From Carcharhinus amblyrhynchos (Eukaryota), in assembly GCA_965287045.1 (NCBI GenBank), contig OZ336887.1, forward strand, positions 38,254,001-38,318,000: DNA of 64,000 bases, in the 5' to 3' direction. This document shows, in pieces, positions 11,865-23,404 of this stretch (its first letter is position 1; the number at the start of each line of letters is the position of its first letter). The position numbers and the translations under genes were made by a program. The notes beneath the pieces were generated by a model. It saw nothing but the letters and a program-made list of their open reading frames with translations. It made no database searches and was not told the DNA's origin.

Positions 11865-12500
11865 CGTTCCGCTCACTGACCTGAACCGTTAACTGCCACC
11901 TCCCTCCGCGAGCGTTTTGAACTTGGCGGCGCGTGCTGCGGGGCGAGGGAGGGCGGTCCGCCGCGGCGATGATGTCAGCGCGCTGCGCGCCGGCCCGCTG
12001 TCCCCTTTGACCTTTGGCTGCCAGCAACAATGGCGGACAGCGAGCTGCCCAAGTGCTGCAGGAACCGGGGCGGAGTCCAGCGGGTGGAGAGCAAGCTCCG
12101 GGCCAGCGTAGAGAAGGGCGACTACTATGAGGCGCATCAGATGTACAGGACGCTTTTCTTCCGGTGAGTTGAAGGAGGGGGGGGTGGTGTGGACGATTCG
12201 GTTAGGTACGGTACGGGACGAAGGGAGGGTGGAGCGGAGATAGGCATGCGGCTCCTGCGGACAAACCTTCTCCCTTCTCCTCTCTCTCCCTCCGCCGGCG
12301 CCTTCCAGATCCTTCTCTCCCAGGCCCCGCGAGCCGAGCCGCAACCTAACCTGCTGGCAGCCGCCGGGAGTCCCGCCCACTCCGCGGCTGCGCACCGATT
12401 GGCTCAGAGTGCGGACCGTCCATTGTGACGCGCGGCTTATGATTGGCCAACAGCCCTGTCAATCAGCCGATTGATAGCATGCTGAGTTGACGCTGGGCAG
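11865..12500 (+). promoter_or_regulatory. CpG island / GET4 promoter region
   Basis: Abrupt GC- and CpG-rich segment around exon 1 in otherwise CpG-poor DNA; GC boxes (GGGCGG at 11951, CCCGCCC at 12372); no TATA box seen. Confidence 0.85.
12030..12163 (+). CDS. GET4: GET4 coding exon 1
   Basis: acaATGG start; [44 protein letters not shown](R); donor GTGAGT at 12164. Confidence 0.96.
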
Positions 12501-12842
12501 GAAAGGAAGAGCCTGAGAGGAGTCCAGCCACAAGCACAAGGTCTCATTTAAAGGCAGAACCTGCTGCAAGCACTTTGGAAAAAGTCAGAGAAGCAGGGAA
12601 AGGAGATAGAAGGAATTGGTTTGCTTACAAGTAGAGATTAAATTACAATGTTTCAAGGTAAAAAGAGGTCTTAATGGGACATTTAAAACTACAAAAGATT
12701 TGTCCAGAGGAGGTGCAACTGGTGAAAGCAGAATCCTTGTCAAATGCTTTAGATATTGGAAATCTGAAGTAAGAAAATTCTGCAGATACTCAAGATCAGA
12801 GAGAAGGTTAATGTTTCAGACCTATCAGAACTAGAAAAAAGT

Positions 12843-13098
12843 TAGAAATTATTATTTATGTATGTCACAAAGTTTACAGTAACACTGCAGTGAAATCCCC
12901 CAGTCACCACACTCCGGTGCCTTTTCAGGCACATTGAGGGAGAATTTAGCATAGCCAATGCACCTAACCGGTACATTTTTCCGGGACAGTGGGAGGAAAC
13001 CGGAGCGCTTTGAGGAAACCCACACAGATGTGGAGAGAAAGCCCCAGGTTCCTGGCACTGTGAGGCCGCAGTGTTAAACACTGTTACCGTGTTGCCCC
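12843..13098 (-). mobile_element. V-SINE with alternative (type B) tail
   Basis: V-domain GTGGGAGGAAACCGGAGC and reverse tRNA head; tail resembles 28290-28385. Confidence 0.75.
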
Positions 13099-13204
13099 AG
13101 TATAATAGGTTTCAGGCATGTACAGAGGGATCAAAGGTTGAGAGGACAAAAACAAAAGGGACCATATGTCATAGGGTAGAACGAAGGAATGATTAAATTC
13201 CTTC

Positions 13205-13385
13205 AGTCCAAAGATGTGCGGGCTAGGTTGATTTGACCATTCTGAATTGCCCCTTAGTGTGCCAGGATGCATAGGTTAGATGGATTAGGGATATGGGGAT
13301 AGGGCCTAGGTGGGATTGCGTTTGGTGCAGACCCAATGGGCCGAATGGCCTCTTTCTGCACTGCAAGATTCGATGATTTCTATGA
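13205..13385 (+). mobile_element. HE1-like SINE, 5'-truncated
   Basis: CAGTCCAAAGATGTGCGGGCTAGG...GGGCCGAATGGCCTCTTTCTGCACTG. Confidence 0.8.
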
Positions 13386-13689
13386 CCGAGAATACTGGTG
13401 CACTATAAAGGAGTGGGTAATGAGGCAAAAGATTGGTTCAGGGGAAAAGCAACATTGTCAGCGGTTAGATACAAAAAAAATGCAAAGTCAGACTAAAATG
13501 CTGCAAATACTCATGAGAGAAATGTTTTGTGTCAACGAATTTCATCAGAACTTCAAGATGTTCTGATGAAAGGACACAGGCCTAAAATATTAAACCCCCC
13601 CCTTCCCCCTCCATCCTGAATATTGCCAGCATTTCCTGTTACCATGTCCAGGAGCTACTATTGGAAAAAGAATGGGGCAGAGATTATGA

Positions 13690-14180
13690 TGTTTAATTGT
13701 TGAGTCTGAAAGATTGTGAAGTATCTAATCAAAATATGAGATGCTGTTTCTCCAACTTCTGTTGATCTTCATTGGGATAGGTGTGGGAAGCTAAGGACGG
13801 ATGTGATAGAGTAGATGTGGGCTGGACAATCTAAATGACAGGTGACCAGAAACTCAGAGTCATGCTTTTGGACTGAATGAAGCTGATCCACAAAGTGGTC
13901 ACCCATCCTGCGTTTGGTTTTCCCAGTGTAGAGGAGACCATATTAAGAGCAGCGAGTGCACTACACTAAGTTGCACCTGGGAAGAGTATTGGGGTCCTGG
14001 ACACTGAAGGGAGGAAGTGGACAGCTGTTGCTTTTCTTCTCCTTGTAAGGGAAGATGCTTTCAGCAGGGAGAAGGATTGATGGAGGAGTGGACCAGAGTG
14101 TGGTAGATTGCAGAAAATGGGGGGGAAAGGATAGATGTGTTTGGTGGTAGCATTACATTTGAGATGGTGGGAATAGCAGA
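13690..14180 (-). mobile_element. Decayed Penelope-like element, second family (GIY-YIG)
   Basis: Minus strand NLV*CTRCS*YGLLYTGKTKRRMGDHFVDQLHSV and QKLEKQHLIF*LDTSQSFRLN. Confidence 0.75.
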
Positions 14181-15572
14181 AGTGTTAGCGAGCTCAATAT
14201 TCTTTTGCTTTTTGGGTAAGTAAGTTCCTACTGAATTTTTTTATTGGATTTATTAGCGACTATCTTCTATTTATTGTCCTTGATTTTGGTCTGTGCTCAC
14301 AAATGCAAACATAATCCATACATCCACCTATCAATTCCTTTCATAATCTTAAAGCCTTCGATCAGGCCACCCTCTCAGTTTTTTTCCTGGAGGAAAGTAT
14401 GGTATGGGATAGAGAGCTGAGTCTTAATCTTCGTTTGAAAGGTCACCTATGAGGGCCCAGCTTGATGTGCAGTATGAAGAGTCTGTTGTTTTCAAAATAG
14501 CAGCAAATACCTCAACACAAATGCAGTTCATTGTCAATTATTTGCCACTCTCACTCTGTGACTGAAGTTTGAGGTCCATCTTTGAGGCTTTTGGTAGATT
14601 ACACAGATTGAGCAGCAGCTTTCTGGTCAGTTCATTCTTTGATCAATAATGGAAACAAAATCAATTTCTGACCTTTAAACCCAGCTGCTTGGCATGCCCT
14701 GTGAAGGTTAATTATGGAAAAAAGTTGAGAATAGAATGCTGGAATCACAATCCACTATTATTGTTATTTGGCAAAGATGAAGAAACAGTGTAACACTTGC
14801 TGACCTGTCAATACATAGCACTTAAGTATAAGTGCCCAATGTTTCTCATTATTGGGGAGGGGATGTAAATATATGGAGTTTAAATGTTTGGAAGTAGTGC
14901 CTTCATGCGTGATCAATCATTGATTAAAATTTGTGTTCTGGGATGAATTTGTATCAGTTCAGATGTTGCCCAACAAATTATTCAATATATATTGTTATGG
15001 TCCTTTCCAACACTGTCTGTCTGTGCAATAGTTTGAGAATGGTTTACTTAAATGGACTTACATGCTTCAGATCAAAGGATTTAACTTTCCTCTGTGCCTT
15101 GAAGGGTTCTACTTAACTATTTGAAATAGATATTTTTATAGCTACAAAATAAACAAGTGTTTAATAGGGAGCATCACAGTACATTTTATTCAATGAAGAC
15201 ATCTTATTCCAGTTATAAATGCTTATGTAATAGACGATTACATTTTGTATTCTGTAATTAAATTTAGCTTTACGCATGTGTTTTTGTAAAACAAATTTTA
15301 TTTAAAAAATGCTGTAGGATGTAAAATTGTGAACATTAGACCTTATGTTAAATGGCAGTGTCCGACAGCTAAAAATTGCCCAGATATCAGTGTTGCACCA
15401 TGTTCGTATGTAAACACTTTCTTTTTCCATTATTTAAACTTTGTCTAAGCAATTGCTGCAGCATTTGGCTAATTATTTCCTGTGTAAAGTTGTTCAGCTG
15501 AACTTTAACACTGTACTGACTAAATCTTGAGATCATGAGTGGTTATGCATGAGTGAAATAGTTCAAAGTGCA

Positions 15573-16312
15573 AAGTGCAGAGGGACCTCGGGGTCCTTGT
15601 GCATGAGTCGCAAAAACCCAGCTTGCAGGTGCAGCAGGTGGTCAGGAAGGCGAATGGGATGCTGGCCTTCATAGCGAGGGGGATTGAATATAAAAGTAGG
15701 GAGGTCTTGCTGCAGCTGTATAGGGCATTGGTGAGGCCGCAGCTGGAGTACTGTGTGCAGTTTTGGGCGCCGCACCTGCACAAGGATATTTTGGCCCTGG
15801 AGGGAGTGCAGAGGAGGTTTACTAGGCTGATACCGGAGTTGAGGGGATTGAGCTATGAGGAGAGGCTGAATAAACTAGGCTTGTACTCGTTAGAGTTTAG
15901 AAGAATGAGGGGAGATCTCATTGAGACGTATAAGATGATGAATGGGATGGATAGGATAGAGGTGGAGAGACTCTTCCCGCTCAAAAAAGACAGTAGGACT
16001 AGGGGGCACAGCCTCAAGATAAAGGGGAGGCGGTTTAGAACGGAGTTGAGGAGGAACTTCTTCACTCAAAGGGTGGTGAATCTCTGGAATTCTCTGCCCA
16101 TTGAAGTGGTGGAGGCTGCCTCGCTAAATATTTTTAAGAAGCGGGTTGATGGGTTCTTGATAAGAGAGGGGATTAAGGGTTATGGGGAGAGGGCGGGAAA
16201 GTGGAACTGAGCCACAACAGATCAGCCATGATCTTATTGAATGGTGGGGCAGGCTCGAAGGGCTAGATGGCCTACTCCTGCTCCTATTTCTTATGTTCTT
16301 ATGTTCTTATGT
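15573..16312 (+). mobile_element. Young CR1 LINE 3' fragment
   Basis: Intact 211-aa ORF2 C-terminus; (TTCTTATG)3 tail; nearly identical to the 4113-5850 copy. Confidence 0.95.
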
Positions 16313-17084
16313 AAAGTTTTTCATGTAAAATGTTTACTTCCTTAGGGAAGCAAAATTCCACACTCAGGTATTAAAATAAATACTGCTTCGTGACAATTGT
16401 AATTTGTGTGAAGAGCTAAAGGTTGCAGATCAAATCAGTTATAATCCAGAAAATAATCGGTAAAATGCTGTGCAAATTCATCAGAATTTCTTCATTATGC
16501 ACACTCTGAGTTTGCAGTTTTAAAGATATTGGATTTAATTTAATTTGTCACTTTTATTACTGAACTCCACACCCTTTATTCATGCTTCTGAAACATCCTT
16601 TGGTTCAGTGCAGTATAAAACCAAAATGCATGTACCCACAGACAAGAAGAGGATCACCGAAACATGTAAACTCTGAAAATTCATTGAGTTTATTTGACAA
16701 GTGTGAAACCTTGTCTGTCTGAATGAATTTGGTGTTGATCACAAAATCAACCTAGTGATTAATAAGCTTCTATTTTAAAAGGTGGAGTGGTTGCTGTTCC
16801 CAATGTGAACAGTACTGGGATTTTAAAAGTACAACATACTGTGTAGTACTGATGGTGGTTACCATGGTAATGAGACTTCAAGATCTGTTGTGACGTATGT
16901 GCACAGGAGGATACTCAGTTTTTCGTGCATACAGCATGTTGCAAGGAATGTGAGATATTTTCAGATGTAAAATATTTTTAACTTCATTGTTGTGAAGAAT
17001 CATCACAAACCATGGAATGACTTATAAGTGTAAAATTAAGGGAAAAACAATTTCTTTGAGTTGTAGCTCATAATTGTAGCTCAT

Positions 17085-17304
17085 AAAAAGACAGTAGGAC
17101 TAGGGGGCACAGCCTCAAGATAAAGGGGAGGCGGTTTAGAACGGAGTTGAGGAGGAACTTCTTCACTCAAAGGGTGGTGAATCTCTGGAATTCTCTGCCC
17201 ATTGAAGTGGTGGAGGCTGCCTCGCTAAATATTTTTAAGAAGCGGGTTGATGGGTTCTTGATAAGAGAGGGGATTAAGGGTTATGGGGAGAGGGCGGGAA
17301 AGTG
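17085..17304 (+). mobile_element. Tail-less internal CR1 fragment, copy of 15984-16203
   Basis: Appears identical by eye over about 220 bp, offset 1101 bp. Confidence 0.9.
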
Positions 17305-17479
17305 CAAGATATCATGTTGTCTGGTTGCTGTTGTGCACATTGAAATGCAAAGTAAATTTAATAGATTTCGGTTTAAATAGGCCACTTGCCCCGATGGTTT
17401 GTGTATGCAGTGTCACATATGTGTGGCTTAAAAGATTTATCATATTAAACTGTACATAGTTTAATGGTTGTAGCGTTTG

Positions 17480-19720
17480 ATTATTCATTTATGGGGTGTA
17501 TGTTTTGCTAGCTAGTCCAGCATTTATTGTCTATCCTTGAGAAGGTAGTACTGAGCTGCTTTCCTGAACAACTACAGTCCCTGAAGTGTGGGTACAGGCA
17601 CTGTGCTGTTATGGAGGGAATCCAGGATTGTGATCCTGTGGTACTGAATGAACAGTGATATTTTTCTCGAAGTCAGGATGGTGAATGACTTGGAGGGGAA
17701 CCTTTAGATGGCGGTGTTGCCAGGTATCAACTGCCTTTGCCCTTCTAGATGTAGCAGTTGTGGGTTTGGAAGATACTGCCTAAGGAGCCTCAGTGAGTTT
17801 CTGCCATTCATCTTGTAGATACTACACACTGCTGCACTCTTCATTGGTGGAGGGATTGAATGCTTTTGGAAGGGATAGTAATCAAGCAGGTTGCTTTGTT
17901 CTGGATGGTGTTGAAATTCTTGAGTGTTATGGAACTGTACTCATCCAGGTAAGTGTGGAGTATTCCATCTCACTCCTGATTTGTGCCTTGTAGATGGGTG
18001 ACAGGCTTTGGGGATTCAGGAGATGAGTCACTTGCTGCAGGATTCCAAGCCTCTGACCTGTGCTTGTTGCCATAGTATTTCTCTGGCTAGACCAGTTTCT
18101 GGTTAAGCAGTACTGATACTGTTGAATGTCAGGGGACAATGGTTTGATCCTCCCCTTTGGAGATGATCATGGTATGGCACTTCTGTGGTATTAATATTAC
18201 TTGCTACTTAACAGCCCAGGCCTAGATATTGTCCACATCTTGCTGCATTTGGACATGAGCAGTATCTGAGGAGTTGTGAATTGTGCTGAACATTGTGCAG
18301 TTATCAGCAAACATCCCCATTTCTGATCTTACGCTGAAAGGAAGGTCATTGATTAAGTCACTGAAGATGGTTGGGCTTTGAACGTTACCCTGAGGAATTC
18401 CTGCAGGGATATCGTAGAACTGAGATGATTGACTTCCAACCACCACAACTATCTCCCTTTGTGCCAGGTTTAATTCCAACCAGGTTTTCCCTCAGATTCC
18501 AATTGACTCTAGTTTTGCCAGGGTTCATTAATGACACACTCAGTCAAATGCTGCCATGATGTCAAGGGTTGTCACTCATCCCACCTGTGGGTCTCACCTC
18601 ATTTGTCCATGTTTGAAACAAGGCTGTAATGAGGTCAGGAACTGAATGACCTTGGTGGGACTCAAACTGAACGTCAGTGAGCAGGCTATGGCTGAGTAAG
18701 TTGCACTTGATGGCACAGTTGATGACCCCTTCCATCACTGTACTCATGATCGAGAGTGGACTAATGGTAAGGTGATTTGCTGGGTTGAATTTGTCCTATT
18801 TCCACATTACCAGGTGGATGCCAGTGTTGTAGCTGTACTGGAACAGCTTGGCTAGGGACACAGCAAGTTCTGGAGCACAAGTCTTCAGTGCTATTGCTGG
18901 AATATTGTCAGGGCCCATTGCCTTTGCAATATCCAGTGCCTTCAGCTATTTCTTGATATCACATGGAGTGAATCGAATTGACTGAAAACTGCCGTCTGTG
19001 ATGCTGGCGACATCCAGAGCAGGCCGAAATGGATCTTCTACCTGGCACTTCTAGCTGAAGATTATTGCAAATGCTTCAGCCGTATCTTCTGCCCTGATGT
19101 GCTGGGCTGCTACATCATTTGAGAAGTACAATTCTGCTGCTGTTCATGGTCCACACTGCCATCATGGATGTCCAGTCTTGAATTGCTAGATCTGTTTTTG
19201 ATGTCTATGTCGGTAAGCATGGTGGTAGTGCCACAAAATGGAGGGCATTCTCAATGTGATGATGAGACTTTGTTTCAGTAAGCACTGTGGTCGTCACTCC
19301 TACTGATACTTTCATGGACAGATGCATTTGCGGCAGACACTTGGGTGAGGATGAGGTCAAGTATGGTTATCCCTTTTGTTTGTTCCTCACTTCCAGCTGC
19401 AGTCCAGGGCTGGCAGATATGTCAGCTATGCCTGTGGTGGTACAACCAAGCCATTCTTGTTGATGAACTTGAAGTCCTCCACCCAGAGTACATTCTGTGC
19501 CCTTGCTATCCGTAATGCTTCCTCCAAGTTCAACATGAAGAAGTGCTGATTCATCAGCAGAAGGACAATATGTGGTAATCTTTAGGAGATTTCCTTAGCC
19601 CATTAGATGTCATGGGGTCCAGAATCTGTGTTGAGGACACCCAGGGCAACTCTATTCTGACTGTATATCACTTGCTGCCACCTCTGCTCAGTCTGTTCTG
19701 CCAGACCTGGTCCTGTGCTG
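17480..19720 (-). mobile_element. Old non-LTR retrotransposon (CR1/L2 group, Zenon-like)
   Basis: RT fragments GIPQGNVQSPTIF, MFADNCT, IYKAQIRSEMEYS; exact clade not certain. Confidence 0.8.
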
Positions 19721-21855
19721 CCTTTTTAAACAAAGTCTGGGCATTGTATCAGTAAAGAGGGCTGGAGATTCTATTGTTTTGGTTGTCAAACTGAAGGGTT
19801 ACAATGGATATTTTTGTGGAGAACAAAATATATTCTAAACTGTACTACAGCTTAGTGGCTCAATTCAGTGACTCAGATGACGTTTAAATATCACCGCAGT
19901 GCAGGCTTGTTCGTTCCTCCCACATGTTGCTTGGCCAAGAGAGGCAATATGTTTATTTGTCTCAGATTTTCCTCACTTTTGGAGTTCAGTTTAAAGAAGC
20001 TAGGTTGCTTTCTCCACTGGTTTATTATTCTTTTCAGTGTCTTAAAATTAAAAGTTGGGAATAATTGTGCCAAGCTTAACAGGCTTTGCGTTTGACAACA
20101 GGAATGGAAAGTGCCTACAAAATTATATAACTAGATCAGGAGTGTCTAAGATGTCATAAAAATCATTTAATAAAGGGATTTTAAAATTTGAGTCACAACA
20201 AGGTCAGCAATTGCTTTCTATTTGTGTAGTCTTAGATTAATGTAGAAAACTGATTTACATTGTACAAATGCAGGGAAATGTTTGTGTTTTATTTTAGTCC
20301 GCTTTTATATTTCCTTCATTTCAATACTTTCCAGATCTTTAAGCTTCCTATTTTGGTTCATTTTGAACAGATATGTTTTTACCATTGTTAAGTCTGCATA
20401 GGATTAATGAGAAATAATTTCTAAGTGTCCTGTTATTTGACTTTATGACACTGATTACAACTCTTCAGAGGATTAGGTCTTTTAGAACAGATTTAAAAAG
20501 AAAAATATTGTAAAACAACAACATATGATTGGGTGGAGGAAATATGCTTTAACACTCTTGGATTGCTGTCAAATCCAGCTTTGCTCCAATAGATTATGCC
20601 TTATTTGGGCTGCATCTCTCTGACAGACATGATTTGTTTATGATTATATATCTGACCTAAAATTGATTCCTCCCTCACTCGATTTTTCCCATTACAATCA
20701 GCTCCCTGCGGTTTTATCAAAATCTTCCAGTGGTTATCAGTGTGAAAGATGTCAATAACACACAGCTTCTGCAGAGAGAAGCAACTTTAATGCTTTTGGC
20801 ATTGCTTTCTTAAGAATCAGGAAATAAGGCAGATGAGTAGCTTCGAAGAGTTATAAGGGAAAAACCTTGTTACAAAAGATAAACTTTGAAGTAATTGGTG
20901 GAGAACAGGCAATGGTTAACATAGATAATTGATAACAGTGTGAGATGAAAGGAGATATGAAGAGAGAAAAAGATGGATATGAGACCTGGTGTAAAAAAAA
21001 GGCAAATCGTCAGCAGAAATGCAGGCCACCCTGCCATTAATGTATCAACGGGGGGAGGGAATCCTTCTCTTGCCTTACTATGCAGATACTGTGCCTGGCT
21101 TTTTAAGTGTTTCCAGCATTTTTGCTTTTATTACAGATGTCACGCACCTATATATTATTTTATGCTTTAATATATGTTAGCATTGGAGTAACGAAGCACT
21201 TGCACTTGTAGCATCCAAGGTTAGTATCAAACACATAATCATACAGGTTAGAGCTCCCTTTGCAACTTTACAGTAAGCTTGGTCCTGACCTCCACTCTGT
21301 ATTTCCAACTGCATAGAATAACCTTTTCCCTATTCTAGGCATCAAAACTGTAGTACATTTAATTCATGTGTAACCTTTAATCATTCTGGATATAAAGGAA
21401 TATCTGTCTACCTTCACTTGGGAAGTCAGAATCACAAATGAAATTTTAGAAATTTGTATTATTTTAGCTCTTGTGTGTTATGTAATTATAGGAGGCCAAA
21501 AATTGCCTTGTCTGAAATCATCTTACTTGGCACAGAATGAGGATCACCCTTTCCTGGTCTACATTGCCCTGATACCTGCAGCCCTAAGCCTGATCAAACA
21601 TTGGCAGTGTTATATTTCAATAGTTTCAATACAGTTCCCAGTGACTGTGGAATCTAATAGGGCACTATATTTCATTACCAGTTGATGCTAAGTCGAGTAA
21701 GATGGTTTCAGCCAAGGCAATTTTTGGCCTCCTATAATTACATAACACATGAGCTAAAAGAAGACAAATTTCTGAAATTTCGTTTGAGATTCTGACTTCC
21801 CAAGTGAAGATAGACAGAAATTACTTTATATCCAGAATGAAAAAAGCCAGGGTAA

Positions 21856-22043
21856 ACACAGTAAGAAGTCTCAGAGCACCAGGTTAAAGTCCAACAGGTT
21901 TATTTGATAGTAAACACCACAAGCTTTCGGAACGCTGTTCCTTCGTCACCTGACAAAGGAACAGCGTTCCGAAAGCTTGTGGCATTTACTATCAAATAAA
22001 CCTGTTGGACTTTAACCTGGTGCTCTGAGACTTCTTACTGTGT
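21856..22043. mobile_element. Near-perfect 188-bp palindrome of two inverted Penelope pLTRs
   Basis: 93-bp arms, 2-bp CC centre at 21949-21950, 3 mismatches. Confidence 0.92.
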
Positions 22044-22049
22044 AAATGT

Positions 22050-22310
22050 TTTAGGCAGAGGTGAGGAGAAATTTCTTCGGCAAGAGAGTGATAAGCCTGT
22101 GGAATTTTCTACCACAGAAAGTAGTTGAGGCCAAAACATTGTATGTTTTCAGGAAGGAGTTAGATATAGTTCTCGGGACAAAGGGATCAAAGGATATGGG
22201 AGGGGGAGGAAAGCAGGATCTGGCAATTGAGTTGGATGATCAGCCATGATCATCATGAATAGTAGAGCAGGCTCGATGTGCCTATTGGCCTCCTGTTCCT
22301 ATTTTTTATG
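22050..22310 (+). mobile_element. CR1 3' end
   Basis: RRNFFGKRVISLWNFLP plus tail. Confidence 0.85.
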
Positions 22311-23041
22311 CTGTTTAAAAAACTACCTTACTGTTGGCTTATAGTAAAATTTTCAAGTTTGGAACTGCATTGTTTCACCGGCAGAACTGTATAATCGAAT
22401 TTAATTAAAAATTAAATTTCAGCAGCCCCTTAATAAATGCTCGCTGCTTGGTAAGAATTTTCAGTGACATGCATGTTGAAAGATGATCCCAGCGAAAGAT
22501 GACTTTTCCAAGATACTCTAACACATTTTAAGGATGTTTGCTTCTAATGTATGACATGTCTGTGTCATGTTCCCCATTCCATTTTATTTATATGCAGTTT
22601 TAGGTAGATTCTTGGTTTACAATGCTGGTTACATTTCCTAAAGATCTTCATTTGCATATTTTGGTATAAAACTGGCAACATGTTTCCTGTTTTGTAACAT
22701 TTCCAGGTACTACCTTTGCTTAATTGTGCCAAATAATGAACATTGAGGTAATTGTATCTTGAACTTGATGCAAATTTTCCCAATTATTACATTTTTGGTT
22801 ATTTAAAAAGCTATCTTGTGTTCTGGTTCTGAGAATAGGAATTGTAACATAATACCTAATCTACATAGCTAAATATTTGAAAGAACTCTTCAGTTGGTGA
22901 AAGTGGAAGCATTGCTGGAGGTGTCCTATAGAATTATGTAAGTGCAGTTTTACAACTGTTTCTGGTATCATTGCTTCTAGTTTATAAGTAACATATTAAT
23001 TTCTACTACTTGCAAAAATAATGCTTCCCTTTTTTTTCCAG

Positions 23042-23120
23042 GTATATGTCACAAAGTAAACATGCTGAAGCTAGAGAACTTATGTATTCTGGGGCATTGC
23101 TGTTCTTCAGTTACAGTCAG
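23042..23120 (+). CDS. GET4: GET4 coding exon 2
   Basis: Polypyrimidine tract + CAG acceptor; (R)[26 protein letters not shown]; donor GTAAC. Confidence 0.96.
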
Positions 23121-23404
23121 GTAACATCTCTTTTCAAAATTTATAAAATTTGCAATTCTTGACTGTTTTGCTACCTCATGAAATATTGTGCAAACAATTA
23201 TCTATTCTTTTGGTTGAAAATAATTAACTATTCAGAGTTTAATGTCATGCTACATAAATGCAAACATTTCCACCTCATTTTGTTCTTGTGCTTATTTTAA
23301 AATTTACCAATGACAAAGAGTATTCAATTATACTGAGTTAGTTCACTGGATAGTTTTTTTTTTGGCAAGGCCTACAGAAGATTGTTGTACCATAACTTCC
23401 TAGT

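Larger units (their letters stand above)
10751..11867 (+). repeat. Minisatellite of about 9 units (47/38 bp) derived from the CR1 3' tail
   Basis: Consensus CAGGCAGAGCAGGCTGGATGGGCTGAATGGCCTGCTCCTGTGTCTGA; units start near 10751, 10819, 11328, 11608, 11655, 11693, 11740, 11778, 11825. Confidence 0.88.

Noticed and set aside
10751-11867. CRISPR-like array (palindromic repeats with intervening sequence)
   Set aside because: Units are degenerate and mostly contiguous, the inserts are Penelope elements rather than spacers, there are no cas genes, and the DNA is vertebrate.
11503-12428. ORFs of 175, 168, 64 and 79 aa around the promoter as new genes
   Set aside because: They arise from the stop-poor CpG island and minisatellite, are antisense or off-frame to GET4 exon 1, and show no recognisable domain.
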